Source: an uncultured Gammaproteobacteria bacterium (GTDB lineage Bacteria > Pseudomonadota > Gammaproteobacteria > PS1 > Pseudothioglobaceae). From it: a stretch of DNA of 64,000 nt. The position numbers and the translations under genes were made by a program. The stretch covers positions 2,433 through 66,432 of the forward strand of contig CAXDLF010000002.1 in the NCBI GenBank assembly GCA_963989885.1. Reading direction: 5' to 3'. The number at the start of each line of letters is the position of its first letter. The first letter of the stretch is position 1. This document shows positions 55,322 to 64,000 of this stretch, piece by piece. The notes beneath the pieces were generated by a model, which had not been told where the DNA came from, ran no database searches, and saw only the letters and a program-made list of their open reading frames with translations.

Positions 55322-56287
55322 ATGTTCGTCGATACCGTTATTGAAGATAAGTCGCTGCACAAACCAGCATTCCTTATCGGACTTTTGATAGCGGTATTGG
55401 CGGTTTTTTTTGCCTTTGACTTCACCAATACATTTTTTGGTGAGCTCCTTAGGCCTGTTATAGGAGAGCCCAAAGAGAGTGGTATTTTTGGTAGATTCGC
55501 CGTTTCTTTTGTTCTCGCAGTTCTATTTGTCCTTAATTTATTTGTAATTAGTTTCTTTAAATTAAAAGTTCAAATTGCAATTGTCTGGGTTGAATTATTT
55601 TTGCTTTTCTTGGCATTTGCCTATTCTTTTGATCTCAAAATGTCGTTCATCCAGAGTAGGCTACCGCTCATGATCTCTCAGGGGCTATTTACGACCATCT
55701 ATATTTCGGCAATCTCAATCGTTATTGCGACCGTAATTGCCATTGTAGGTGCCATTGCAAAACTTTCGAATAACGGCTTTGCTTATGCGATTGCCAGTTT
55801 TTATACCTCTCTATTTCGAGGACTTCCGCTTCTTTTGCAGGTTTACTTGATTTACAAGGGTCTGCCACAACTCGGTTTTATGGTCGACGCAGTTCCTGCC
55901 GGTATTACTGCGCTATCACTTTGTTATGGCGCCTACATGACAGAAATTTTCCGTGCCGGTATCCAGAGCATCCCTAGGGGTCAATGGGAGGCTTCGAGAG
56001 CTCTTGGTTTTAAGTTCGGTCTTATTATGCGAAAAATAATACTACCCCAGGCTGTACCCATCATCGTCCCTCCAACAGGCAATCAATTTATTGCCATGTT
56101 AAAAGATAGTTCTCTTGTCTCTGTTCTTGGGGTTTGGGAATTAATGTATCTTGCTAGAACCTTAGGGCAAAGAGATTTCAGACATATGGAAATGCTCCTA
56201 ACGGCTGCTATGATTTACTGGGCCCTAACAATCGTACTCGAGGTGATTCAATCTCGAATCGAAGAAAAATACAAACAAAAAAGTTAA
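55322..56287 (+). CDS. Polar amino-acid ABC transporter permease (HisM/HisQ type) with an extra N-terminal membrane extension
   Basis: The C-terminal 220 aa have the His/Glu/Gln/Arg/opine permease pattern ([14 protein letters not shown]; EASRALGF). About 100 extra hydrophobic residues precede it. Confidence 0.85.
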   Translation: MFVDTVIEDKSLHKPAFLIGLLIAVLAVFFAFDFTNTFFGELLRPVIGEPKESGIFGRFAVSFVLAVLFVLNLFVISFFKLKVQIAIVWVELFLLFLAFAYSFDLKMSFIQSRLPLMISQGLFTTIYISAISIVIATVIAIVGAIAKLSNNGFAYAIASFYTSLFRGLPLLLQVYLIYKGLPQLGFMVDAVPAGITALSLCYGAYMTEIFRAGIQSIPRGQWEASRALGFKFGLIMRKIILPQAVPIIVPPTGNQFIAMLKDSSLVSVLGVWELMYLARTLGQRDFRHMEMLLTAAMIYWALTIVLEVIQSRIEEKYKQKS

Positions 56288-57060
56288 TGATGGACACAAA
56301 AATCAATACCCCAAACAATAATGAAATGACTCCAGTCATTTCTCTTAAGGGGGTTAATAAGTGGTATGGTGATTTTAAAGCCCTTTCGAACATTGATCTC
56401 GAGATTAAACTCAAGGAGAAGATTGTAATTTGTGGCCCTTCTGGTTCTGGAAAGTCTACCCTTATTCGTTGCCTTAACCGTTTAGAAGCACACCAAGAGG
56501 GCACCATTCAGGTTAGCGGTATAGAGTTACATGAAAGAATGAAGGATATTGATGTTGTTCGCCAAGATATCGGAATGGTCTTTCAGAGTTTTAACTTGTT
56601 TCCCCATATGACGGTCTTAGAAAACTGTATGGCGGGTCCAAATTGGGTTCGCGGTATCGATAAGAGTGAGGCTAAAGAAAGAGCCATTGCAATGCTGGAG
56701 CAAGTCAAGATACCTGAGCAGGCAGACAAGTATCCAGAACAACTTTCGGGCGGTCAGCAACAACGAGTCGCCATTGCAAGAAGCCTGTGTATGCAACCTA
56801 AGGTTATGTTGTTCGATGAACCTACTTCAGCGCTTGACCCTGAAATGGTTTCAGAGGTCTTGGATACAATGATTGAATTAGCAAAAAGCGGAATGACAAT
56901 GATTTGTGTAACCCACGAGATGGGTTTCGCCCGTCAGGTTGCGGATAGAATTGTATTTATGGCAGATGGCGAGATTGTGGAACAAAGCTCACCCGACGAA
57001 TTTTTCAATAACCCACAACATGAACGCACTAAAGTCTTTTTGGATCAAATATTAGAATAA
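56287..57060 (+). CDS. Polar amino-acid ABC transporter ATP-binding protein
   Basis: Walker [10 protein letters not shown], signature [13 protein letters not shown] and Walker [12 protein letters not shown]. Confidence 0.9.
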   Translation: MMDTKINTPNNNEMTPVISLKGVNKWYGDFKALSNIDLEIKLKEKIVICGPSGSGKSTLIRCLNRLEAHQEGTIQVSGIELHERMKDIDVVRQDIGMVFQSFNLFPHMTVLENCMAGPNWVRGIDKSEAKERAIAMLEQVKIPEQADKYPEQLSGGQQQRVAIARSLCMQPKVMLFDEPTSALDPEMVSEVLDTMIELAKSGMTMICVTHEMGFARQVADRIVFMADGEIVEQSSPDEFFNNPQHERTKVFLDQILE

Positions 57061-57064
57061 ATCA

Positions 57065-58132
57065 CTATTGGTTCTTAAAGTACTCTCGAAATACTTCAAT
57101 AACAGACCTAATATCCTTTTCAGTGATGCCTAGATGACATACTAGTCTGCCTCTGTCAAGGCTTGAGATTCGAATATGGTTATCAAACAGATACTGCTCA
57201 AGAGGTGCACGATGCTCTTCTGGACAAATAACAAAAAGCATGTTGGTTTGGTTTTCACCATAATTCACTTCAATCTCCGGTATTTCAGACAAACCTTGAG
57301 CCAAAAGCTGTGTATTGTCATGGTCTTCTTGAAGTCTTTCAATATTGTTCTTGAGGGCATACATCCCGCAAGCAGCCAAAACTCCAACTTGTCTCATACT
57401 GCCACCTAGGATTTTTCTTATGCGTTTCGCCTTAGCGATTATCTCATGGCTACTTACTAGTAATGTCCCTGCTGGTGCACCCAGACCTTTCGACAGACAA
57501 ATAGAAACGCTGTCACAGTGTTTGGTTAGCTCTTTGGGAGATAAGCCAGTATGGATGTGGGCATTGAATAAACGAGCACCATCTAGATGAACTCTCAAGT
57601 CTCTTTCGTGGGCAGCTTTTGCTAAGTCATCAATTTGAGACTGTGGCTGAACTTGTCCTGAAACGGGATTTTCCAAACAAAGCAACTTGGTGACCGCATA
57701 ATGAGGATCATCTTCCTTGATTTGATTGATCATATCTTCTACCGCCATTCCACCTGATTCATTAATATCGATAGGGCAAATACCAACTCCGCCAAGAACC
57801 GATGCACCACGCGCTTCATATAAATTGGTATGGTATTCACACCCAATCAGCACCTCATCTCCACGTTGGCAGTGGGAAAGTATTGCGGTTAAATTGCTCT
57901 GGGTGCCACTAGGGAAAAACAAGCTCGCCTCCTTACCTAGCAACTCTGCTGCATATTGCTGTAGTTCTAGTACTTCAACATCCTCATCATATACATCATC
58001 ACCAAGCTTAGCTTTTGGAATGGCCTCAAACATGCCTGTAGTTGGCAATGTGACTGTATCACTACGAAGGTCGATGGGTTTATGCTCTGAATAAACCGGT
58101 AATTTAGCGCTACTTTTCTTATAGTTTCCCAT
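57065..58132 (-). CDS. ltaE: Low-specificity L-threonine aldolase
   Basis: DLRSDTVTLPT N-terminal motif and PLP-lysine region CLSKGLGAPAG. Length 355 aa. Confidence 0.85.
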   Translation of the reverse strand: MGNYKKSSAKLPVYSEHKPIDLRSDTVTLPTTGMFEAIPKAKLGDDVYDEDVEVLELQQYAAELLGKEASLFFPSGTQSNLTAILSHCQRGDEVLIGCEYHTNLYEARGASVLGGVGICPIDINESGGMAVEDMINQIKEDDPHYAVTKLLCLENPVSGQVQPQSQIDDLAKAAHERDLRVHLDGARLFNAHIHTGLSPKELTKHCDSVSICLSKGLGAPAGTLLVSSHEIIAKAKRIRKILGGSMRQVGVLAACGMYALKNNIERLQEDHDNTQLLAQGLSEIPEIEVNYGENQTNMLFVICPEEHRAPLEQYLFDNHIRISSLDRGRLVCHLGITEKDIRSVIEVFREYFKNQ

Positions 58133-58140
58133 ATTTTTTT

Positions 58141-58797
58141 CTAAGGCTGATACTCTGAATAAGCCAGTGTTGCCACTAGATGAACTCTTGGCTTGACACC
58201 CCCATTAAGAGCTGTGTGATAGCCTCGAGTATCAGTAAAATAAACAGAACCATCTGCGGGTAGATGAGTGCAGTGGTGGTTGATAATTAGCAAGGCTCCA
58301 GGGTTAGTATAAATTGGAATATGGATTCGAGGTTCAGGATCTCTATGCCAGGAGTTGCAATTAAAGCTATCTTTTTCTAGAATGCGAACCCTTCCAATTG
58401 GGTAACGAGCCGTTAATTCTTTGTAAATTGTTTCAAAATAGGTCCCTTTAAAGACATCCACTAATTCAGTAAATTCAGATTCGTCAATCAATTCATCTTT
58501 TGCTACTTCCTTGTAACTCTCATCAATTCGAGTGTAATAGCGTCCAACTAGGTCTATATCTGATTCCACGCTATGGTTTTTTCTTCGAGTCATGGCTAGA
58601 GCATGAAAACCCGATGCGGCAGTTTTAAATTCAGACTTGGCACTCACTTCATCGAGTGCTTTACGTATTTTTTTAATATCGAACTTCAGTTTAAGTCGAA
58701 CTATGTGTTCGTTTCCTTTGAAGGATGCAACTGAGTGAATGTCAACCTTTCTGTCGATATAAGAATTCAACTCTCTTGTGTCTTCAGTAATACTCAT
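58141..58797 (-). CDS. Aspartyl/asparaginyl beta-hydroxylase-like cupin (Fe(II)/2-oxoglutarate oxygenase fold), substrate unknown
   Basis: WHRDPEPRIHIPI ... GSVYFTDTRGYHTALNGG ... RVHLV mirrors the ASPH/LpxO-family pattern (H..G..R.R.H.G.; FDDSFEHEV.N), with both iron-binding His positions present. Length 218 aa. Confidence 0.6.
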   Translation of the reverse strand: MSITEDTRELNSYIDRKVDIHSVASFKGNEHIVRLKLKFDIKKIRKALDEVSAKSEFKTAASGFHALAMTRRKNHSVESDIDLVGRYYTRIDESYKEVAKDELIDESEFTELVDVFKGTYFETIYKELTARYPIGRVRILEKDSFNCNSWHRDPEPRIHIPIYTNPGALLIINHHCTHLPADGSVYFTDTRGYHTALNGGVKPRVHLVATLAYSEYQP

Positions 58798-58806
58798 AAA
58801 ATCAAT

Positions 58807-59256
58807 TTAAAAAGGCTTAACAACAGCAAAAATTATGATACCAATCAGAAGTGGAACTGGAAGTTCATTGAACCAACGATAAAAAGTGTCAGACCGTGTA
58901 TTTTTATCATCAGCAAAAACACCTACCAAATAGCCACAGTAAAAATGATACACAATCAATAGTCCCACCAATATTAACTTGGCTTTAAGCCAAAACTGAT
59001 TGCTATAGATTTCCCAAGCATAGTTTTGCACCATCCATAAACCAAACACAGTTGTGATGATAAAGCTTGGCATCATGATTCGCCTATAGAGTCTTCGTTC
59101 CATTAACTTGAAACGTTCAATGCTAATTTTATCATTCGCCATAGAATGATAAACAAACAGTCGCGGCAGGTAAAACATACCAGCAAACCATGTAATAAAA
59201 CTTAAAATATGTATAGCCTTAACCCAAAGCATCAAAACTCCAGAAAATAGATACAT
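58807..59256 (-). CDS. hemJ: Protoporphyrinogen IX oxidase HemJ
   Basis: WVKAIHILSFITWFAGMFYLPRLFVYH signature and four TM helices. The true start may be the internal Met (MLWVKAIH). Confidence 0.8.
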   Translation of the reverse strand: MYLFSGVLMLWVKAIHILSFITWFAGMFYLPRLFVYHSMANDKISIERFKLMERRLYRRIMMPSFIITTVFGLWMVQNYAWEIYSNQFWLKAKLILVGLLIVYHFYCGYLVGVFADDKNTRSDTFYRWFNELPVPLLIGIIIFAVVKPF

Positions 59257-59385
59257 AATACCGTTTCAACGACATTAATGTCCAAGATTCATTAAAGAAG
59301 TCATTTGAAATAATGAGCCATTGATTTGTACTTCTTTTGTTCAATCACATAGTAAAATTTGCCTACTATCTAAAATCAGTTCAGT

Positions 59386-60339
59386 ATGCTCAACTTTTTT
59401 AAGAAAAATCAAAACAAAGATATAAAAACTGATACAAAAAAGACATCTCTAAAGGAAAGGCTATCTAAATCAAAACGTCGCCTTGGAGACGGACTTTTTT
59501 CAATACTGATTGGCAAAAAGCAAATCGATGACGAACTTCTGGATGAGTTAGAAATGCTTATGATAAGTGCTGATATTGGTATTCAAACGACCGACAAGAT
59601 TATCGAGTCGGTTCGAAAGAAAGCTTCTCGTAAAGAGCTTAAAGACGGTGACAGTTTATATCAACTTATTAAAATTGAATTAGAAACACTTCTTGTAGAT
59701 AAAAACCTATTGGAGCCTATTAGTGACAGCACTTTTGTAATCCTTGTTGTTGGCATCAATGGAGCGGGAAAAACCACCACGATAGGGAAACTTGCTAAAT
59801 CATTTCAAAGTCAAGGAAAGTCGGTAATGCTGGCTGCAGGTGATACTTTTAGAGCAGCGGCAGTAGAACAACTTCAGATATGGGGTGAGAGGAACGAAAT
59901 ACCCGTAATTGCTCAAAAAATTGGCGCTGATGCAGCTTCGGTTGTCTATGACGCATACCAGTCTGCAGTCGCAAAAAATATTGACATACTGATTGCAGAT
60001 ACAGCGGGACGACTCCATACCCAAGATAACCTCATGCAAGAGTTGGAAAAAATTAAACGGGTTCTGAAAAAACATCATGAAAATGCGCCTCACGAAACTT
60101 TACTAGTGATAGATGGCGGATCCGGTCAGAATGCTGTTCAGCAAGCCAATGAATTCCATAAATCTATCGAACTTTCTGGAATCGCGGTGACTAAACTCGA
60201 CGGCACCGCTAAGGGTGGTGTGTTATTTGCCATATCAGATTCACTAAATTTACCTATACGCTACATCGGCATTGGTGAAGCTATTGATGATCTAAAACCT
60301 TTTCACGCTAAAGATTTTATTAATGCCCTGTTTGATTAA
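59386..60339 (+). CDS. ftsY: Signal recognition particle receptor FtsY (short A-domain)
   Basis: SRP-GTPase motifs GINGAGKTTTIGKLA, DTAGRLH and TKLDGTAKGG. Length 317 aa. Confidence 0.9.
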   Translation: MLNFFKKNQNKDIKTDTKKTSLKERLSKSKRRLGDGLFSILIGKKQIDDELLDELEMLMISADIGIQTTDKIIESVRKKASRKELKDGDSLYQLIKIELETLLVDKNLLEPISDSTFVILVVGINGAGKTTTIGKLAKSFQSQGKSVMLAAGDTFRAAAVEQLQIWGERNEIPVIAQKIGADAASVVYDAYQSAVAKNIDILIADTAGRLHTQDNLMQELEKIKRVLKKHHENAPHETLLVIDGGSGQNAVQQANEFHKSIELSGIAVTKLDGTAKGGVLFAISDSLNLPIRYIGIGEAIDDLKPFHAKDFINALFD

Positions 60340-60373
60340 TACCTGGATTGGGGCAATTTTCTGAATAAATGAT

Positions 60374-60670
60374 TTAATCTGAGGATTGCATTGAATGATT
60401 AATGGTGTCAATTTTCATGGCCAACTCTTTGTCCAGTATGGTAATTCCGCCCTCGCTGTGAGTTGATAAATTAATAATAACCCTGTTGTAAACATTTGAC
60501 CACTCAGGATGGTGATCCATGGTTTCTGCTGTAATCGCTACCTCAGTCATAAAACCAAAGGCCTGAATAAATCCCTTAAATTTAAATTCTTTTGATAATT
60601 GCTTATCAACAATTTTCCAACCATCAAGCTCCTTGAGAACTTCATTTAACTCTGAATTAGTTAATATCAT
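60374..60670 (-). CDS. phhB: Pterin-4-alpha-carbinolamine dehydratase
   Basis: LDGWKIV..., FMTEVAITAETMDHHPEWSNVYNRV signature. Length 98 aa. Confidence 0.85.
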   Translation of the reverse strand: MILTNSELNEVLKELDGWKIVDKQLSKEFKFKGFIQAFGFMTEVAITAETMDHHPEWSNVYNRVIINLSTHSEGGITILDKELAMKIDTINHSMQSSD

Positions 60671-60673
60671 GAT

Positions 60674-61591
60674 CTAAACTCCTTCTAATAATTTTCCTGC
60701 GCCGATAGCAAGAAGTTGGTTTGCAACCAATTCACCTAAAGCTCCGGGCTGAGAAATAGAACCAGAACTCTCTGCTCTTAATATAGAGCCTGACTCCACG
60801 TTACCCACTAAACCTTTCAGCAATAATTCCTCTTCCATTGTTGCAGCATAACCACCGATTGCAACCGAGCAACTACCTTCAAGAGTCGCATTCATCGCTC
60901 TTTCAGCTAAAACTTCAGTCATAGTCTTGCTGTCGATGAGAGGCCTAATCAGTTCAATGATAGCCTCATCACCCTTTCTATTCTCTATACCTAAGGCACC
61001 TTGGCCAACAGCAGGTAAAGAGGTTTCTGCATCAAGGGGTTGTTTAATTCTGTCTTCAAAACCAAGCCTAATGAGACCTGCACAGGCCAAAATAATAGCG
61101 TCATATTCTCCATTATCCAATTTCATTAATCTGGTATTGATATTGCCACGCAAATCAAGAATCTCCAAATCCGGTCTAAGTGCTTTTAATTGAACAATGC
61201 GACGTAAGCTACATGAACCAACCCTTGCATTATGAGGAAGTTCATTTATTTCATTAAAATGATTTGAAACAAAAGCATCAAAAGGATTCTCACGAGCCAA
61301 TATCGCCCCAATTTCAAATTCATCCGGTAATTTGTAAGGAACATCCTTCATGGAATGCACAGCGATATCAGCCCTACCCTCCAACATACCAACCTCTAGC
61401 TCTTTCATAAATAGACTCTTTCCACCAATCTTTGATAGAGGTGAATTAAGCATCTGGTCACCCTGAGTGCTCATTTTGACCAACTCAATGTCAAGTTCAG
61501 GGAAATAAAGCTTTAGCTGCGACCTTACGAATTCAGCTTGCCATAAGGCTAATGGGCTTTTACGTGTTGCAATTTTAAGTGCTCTATCCAT
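60674..61591 (-). CDS. hemC: Porphobilinogen deaminase (hydroxymethylbilane synthase)
   Basis: LKIATRKSPLALWQAEFV N-terminus and cofactor-Cys region LEGSCSVAIG. Length 305 aa. Confidence 0.95.
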   Translation of the reverse strand: MDRALKIATRKSPLALWQAEFVRSQLKLYFPELDIELVKMSTQGDQMLNSPLSKIGGKSLFMKELEVGMLEGRADIAVHSMKDVPYKLPDEFEIGAILARENPFDAFVSNHFNEINELPHNARVGSCSLRRIVQLKALRPDLEILDLRGNINTRLMKLDNGEYDAIILACAGLIRLGFEDRIKQPLDAETSLPAVGQGALGIENRKGDEAIIELIRPLIDSKTMTEVLAERAMNATLEGSCSVAIGGYAATMEEELLLKGLVGNVESGSILRAESSGSISQPGALGELVANQLLAIGAGKLLEGV

Positions 61592-61808
61592 GATTCCAAT
61601 TCAGATCTTTTGCTATTATTATTTTATCGAGTGTTGATTGGCAATGTTGCTTATCGGTAGGATTAATATCTCGTAAAACAGTTGAATTGGTGTATTTTCT
61701 GAAACGGAAAAATTAGGTTTTATTGTATTTTCAATAATTTATCATCGATATAGTGGAATAATGTGCTCTGAAAACGAAATTTGCTTTAATGATTTTAATA
61801 ATAGAATA

Positions 61809-63194
61809 ATGAACTCTGATAAAAACCATTTATGGGGTGGACGCTTTAGTAAGCCTACCGACGAATTTGTAAAAATTTTTGGCGCTTCCATTTCCTTTGA
61901 CAAAATTTTAGCCCTCTACGACATTGAGGGTTCTCAAGCACATGCGACTATGCTTAGTGAGGTAGGCGTATTGACTAGCAAAGAATTAAAGCAAATATCT
62001 GAAGGCTTGGAACAAATTAAACATGAAATAACCAATGACCAATTTGAATGGTCTGTTGATTTGGAAGATGTTCATATGAATATTGAATCTCGGTTGACCG
62101 AAATCTGTGGTGACCCGGGCAAAAAACTCCATACTGGTCGTTCACGAAATGATCAGATTGCAACTGATATTCGACTCTATCTACGTGATAAAGTTCGCAA
62201 TATTACCACTGAAATTGAACGATTACTGAATGCTCTACTTGATCTTGCAGATCAAGAAAAGGAAACCATCATGCCTGGCTTTACTCACCTTCAGGCTGCC
62301 CAACCTGTGAGTTTCGGTCACCACTTGTTGGCTTACTTTGAAATGTTTAAACGCGATCATGAACGACTTCAAGATGGATATAAACGTATCAACACAATGC
62401 CATTAGGAAGTGGTGCTCTTGCGGGTACAAGTTACCCAATCAATCGTGAACGAACCGCTGAAATTTTAGGCTTTGAGCGAATTTGCCTAAATTCGATTGA
62501 TGCAGTTAGTGACCGTGATTTTGCCATTGAATTCACTGCTATTGCAAGCCTAATGATGATGCACCTCTCGCGATTTTCTGAAGAACTTATCCAGTGGTCA
62601 AGTGCACAATTTGATTTTGTCTCTCTTCCAGATAGTTTTTGTACGGGCTCGTCAATCATGCCACAAAAGAAAAACCCTGACGTCCCTGAATTGGTTCGAG
62701 GTAAAGCAGGCAGAGTTAACGGCAATCTGGTTGCATTACTGACATTAATGAAAGGACAACCTTTGGCTTATAACAAGGATAACCAAGAGGATAAAGAGCC
62801 GCTATTTGATACTGTTGAAACCCTACATGCTTGTCTTCGTGTTTTTTCTGATATGGTGCCAACTATTAAAGCAAAAAAGGAAAATATGTATCACTCTGCC
62901 CTAAAAGGTCATACCACAGCCACAGATTTGGCGGACTATCTTGTCAAAAAAGGAATGACATTTAGGGATGCCCATGAAATTGTTGGCCAAGCTGTCTCTC
63001 ATGCAATCAATCAAAACAAGGACTTAAGTGAATTAAGCTTGAAGGAATTGAAAGTATTTAATTCTTCAATTGAGAATGATGTTTTTGATGCTATCTCGCT
63101 AGAGGGATCAGTTAATGTTAGAAATCATTTGGGTGGCACTTCACCAAAGCAAGTCTCTCTTGCTATCAAAGCTGCTCGTAAATCAATTAAATAA
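61809..63194 (+). CDS. argH: Argininosuccinate lyase
   Basis: [11 protein letters not shown]-terminus and fumarate-lyase signature [12 protein letters not shown]. The ATG at 61809 is preferred over the ORF-track start at 61761. Confidence 0.9.
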   Translation: MNSDKNHLWGGRFSKPTDEFVKIFGASISFDKILALYDIEGSQAHATMLSEVGVLTSKELKQISEGLEQIKHEITNDQFEWSVDLEDVHMNIESRLTEICGDPGKKLHTGRSRNDQIATDIRLYLRDKVRNITTEIERLLNALLDLADQEKETIMPGFTHLQAAQPVSFGHHLLAYFEMFKRDHERLQDGYKRINTMPLGSGALAGTSYPINRERTAEILGFERICLNSIDAVSDRDFAIEFTAIASLMMMHLSRFSEELIQWSSAQFDFVSLPDSFCTGSSIMPQKKNPDVPELVRGKAGRVNGNLVALLTLMKGQPLAYNKDNQEDKEPLFDTVETLHACLRVFSDMVPTIKAKKENMYHSALKGHTTATDLADYLVKKGMTFRDAHEIVGQAVSHAINQNKDLSELSLKELKVFNSSIENDVFDAISLEGSVNVRNHLGGTSPKQVSLAIKAARKSIK

Positions 63195-64000
63195 TGCGCA
63201 TTGTTTTTGCTGGAACACCAAAATTTGCTGTTAAAGCGCTCTCCGTTTTAAATCAATCAGAACACGAAGTTGTCGCAGTTTATTGTCAACCAGACAGACC
63301 CAAAGGCAGGGGCAAGGTATTGACCGCTTGTCCGGTAAAGATTTTTGCTGAAAAAAATAATCTGTTAGTAATCCAGCCAGAGGATTTAAAGGATAAGCAA
63401 AACCAAAAACAGCTCACTTTATTAAATCCAGACATTATGGTGGTGGTTGCTTATGGACAAATCTTGCCCAAAGCTGTATTACAAATTCCTAAACTAGGAT
63501 GTCTTAATATTCACGCCTCCCTGTTGCCGCGTTGGCGAGGTGCGGCTCCTATAGAGAGAGCTATTCTCGAAGGTGATAGGGAAACAGGGATTTCGATTAT
63601 GAAAATGAATGAAGGACTCGATACAGGAGACATCCTGCTTGAAAAAAAATGCACAATCTCTAATCATGAAACAGCGCAAACTCTCCATGATACTTTATCA
63701 AACATAGGCGCCAATGCCATTCTTGAAACCTTAAACATGTTGCCTACATTGAAAGCTAGACCACAACAAAACAATGACGCGACTTATGCTGAAAAGGTAA
63801 CAAAAGATGAAGCACAAATAGATTGGCATCAAAGTGCTGAACAAATTAGTCGTGTGATTCGAGCGTTCAACCCTCGTCCTATTGCATACACCAATGCCTT
63901 GGCCAAACAATTTGAAAACAGAGTGCTTAGAATTATAGAAGCAGAAGTTGTGAAAAGACAAACCACTAGCTCTCCCGGAAAGGTTATTAAATATGACAAA
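63194..64000 (+). CDS. fmt: Methionyl-tRNA formyltransferase, N-terminal 269 codons (3' end outside the window)
   Basis: The frame is open from the ATG at 63194 to the window end. [27 protein letters not shown] and ETGISIMKM motifs are present. It is absent from the ORF track because no stop falls in the window. The ATG overlaps the argH TAA (TAATG). Confidence 0.9.
   Translation, partial: MRIVFAGTPKFAVKALSVLNQSEHEVVAVYCQPDRPKGRGKVLTACPVKIFAEKNNLLVIQPEDLKDKQNQKQLTLLNPDIMVVVAYGQILPKAVLQIPKLGCLNIHASLLPRWRGAAPIERAILEGDRETGISIMKMNEGLDTGDILLEKKCTISNHETAQTLHDTLSNIGANAILETLNMLPTLKARPQQNNDATYAEKVTKDEAQIDWHQSAEQISRVIRAFNPRPIAYTNALAKQFENRVLRIIEAEVVKRQTTSSPGKVIKYDK

Noticed and set aside
59271-59282. 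Perfect 12-bp palindrome GACATTAATGTC between hemJ and ftsY.
   Set aside because: It is a single occurrence, short and AT-rich, with an appreciable chance expectation in a 129-nt spacer. It has no partner site.
61761-61808. Upstream start for argH ([16 protein letters not shown]...).
   Set aside because: Argininosuccinate lyases begin a few residues before the LWGGRF motif. The ATG at 61809 fits, and the extension is non-conserved.
1-64000. Search by eye for tRNA/rRNA genes, CRISPR repeats, transposases, integrases, phage or defence-system genes, especially at the island borders (19.4 kb and 35.1-35.3 kb).
   Set aside because: I saw no cloverleaf-like GTTCGAATC/T-loop contexts in the intergenic DNA. 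There are no spaced direct repeats and no ORF with recombinase, nuclease-helicase or toxin-like motifs. Every ORF longer than 100 aa outside shadow frames has a metabolic or housekeeping assignment, apart from the 224-aa membrane protein. A covariance-model scan (tRNAscan/Infernal) would be needed for certainty.

Overview
This 64-kb window comes from an AT-rich (by eye high-30s %GC, not computed) and very gene-dense chromosome. The gene set points to Gammaproteobacteria: hflD, mltD, bolA, ftsB-ispD-ispF, and puu/spu/pot genes. Many neighbouring genes overlap by 1-8 nt at start/stop codons (TAATG, ATGA, CTAG). I support about 66 protein-coding genes. By eye I found no rRNA, tRNA, CRISPR array, transposase or integrase.

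Layout:
- 1-19.4 kb: housekeeping genes. These are miaB, ybeZ, mnmA, hflD, rpsT, xseA, ftsB-ispDF fused to murC-murB-ddl-ftsQ, a reductase-bolA-mltD operon, and miaA.
- 19.5-35.1 kb: a catabolic island. It holds a MarR regulator, an acetoacetate-decarboxylase-family enzyme, an FAH-family enzyme, a cytochrome P450, a glutamine-synthetase-like ligase, an aldehyde dehydrogenase and an adrenodoxin-type ferredoxin. It also holds a LigB-type extradiol dioxygenase, a class-I GATase, a leaderless sulfatase, tctCBA, and a trimethylamine-dehydrogenase-family flavoprotein.
- 35.3-39.2 kb: an orphan murD, then yccA, rppH and lhgO.
- 39.3-50.9 kb: an agmatine/putrescine utilisation cluster (GATase, agmatinase, puuB-like, spuC-like, puuA-like, potFGHI, gabD).
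- 51-64 kb: hom-thrC, cysM, a polar amino-acid ABC transporter, ltaE with a cupin hydroxylase and hemJ, then ftsY, phhB, hemC, argH and the start of fmt.

The most interesting signal is the island. Its composite gene content matches no single textbook pathway that I know. Its four promoter regions all carry the same TTCG-N4-CGAA palindrome, two of them as the identical 14-mer GTTCGTATACGAAC. This implies one regulon, possibly under the island's MarR.

All family calls rest on motif recognition by eye. No database search or alignment statistic was run.
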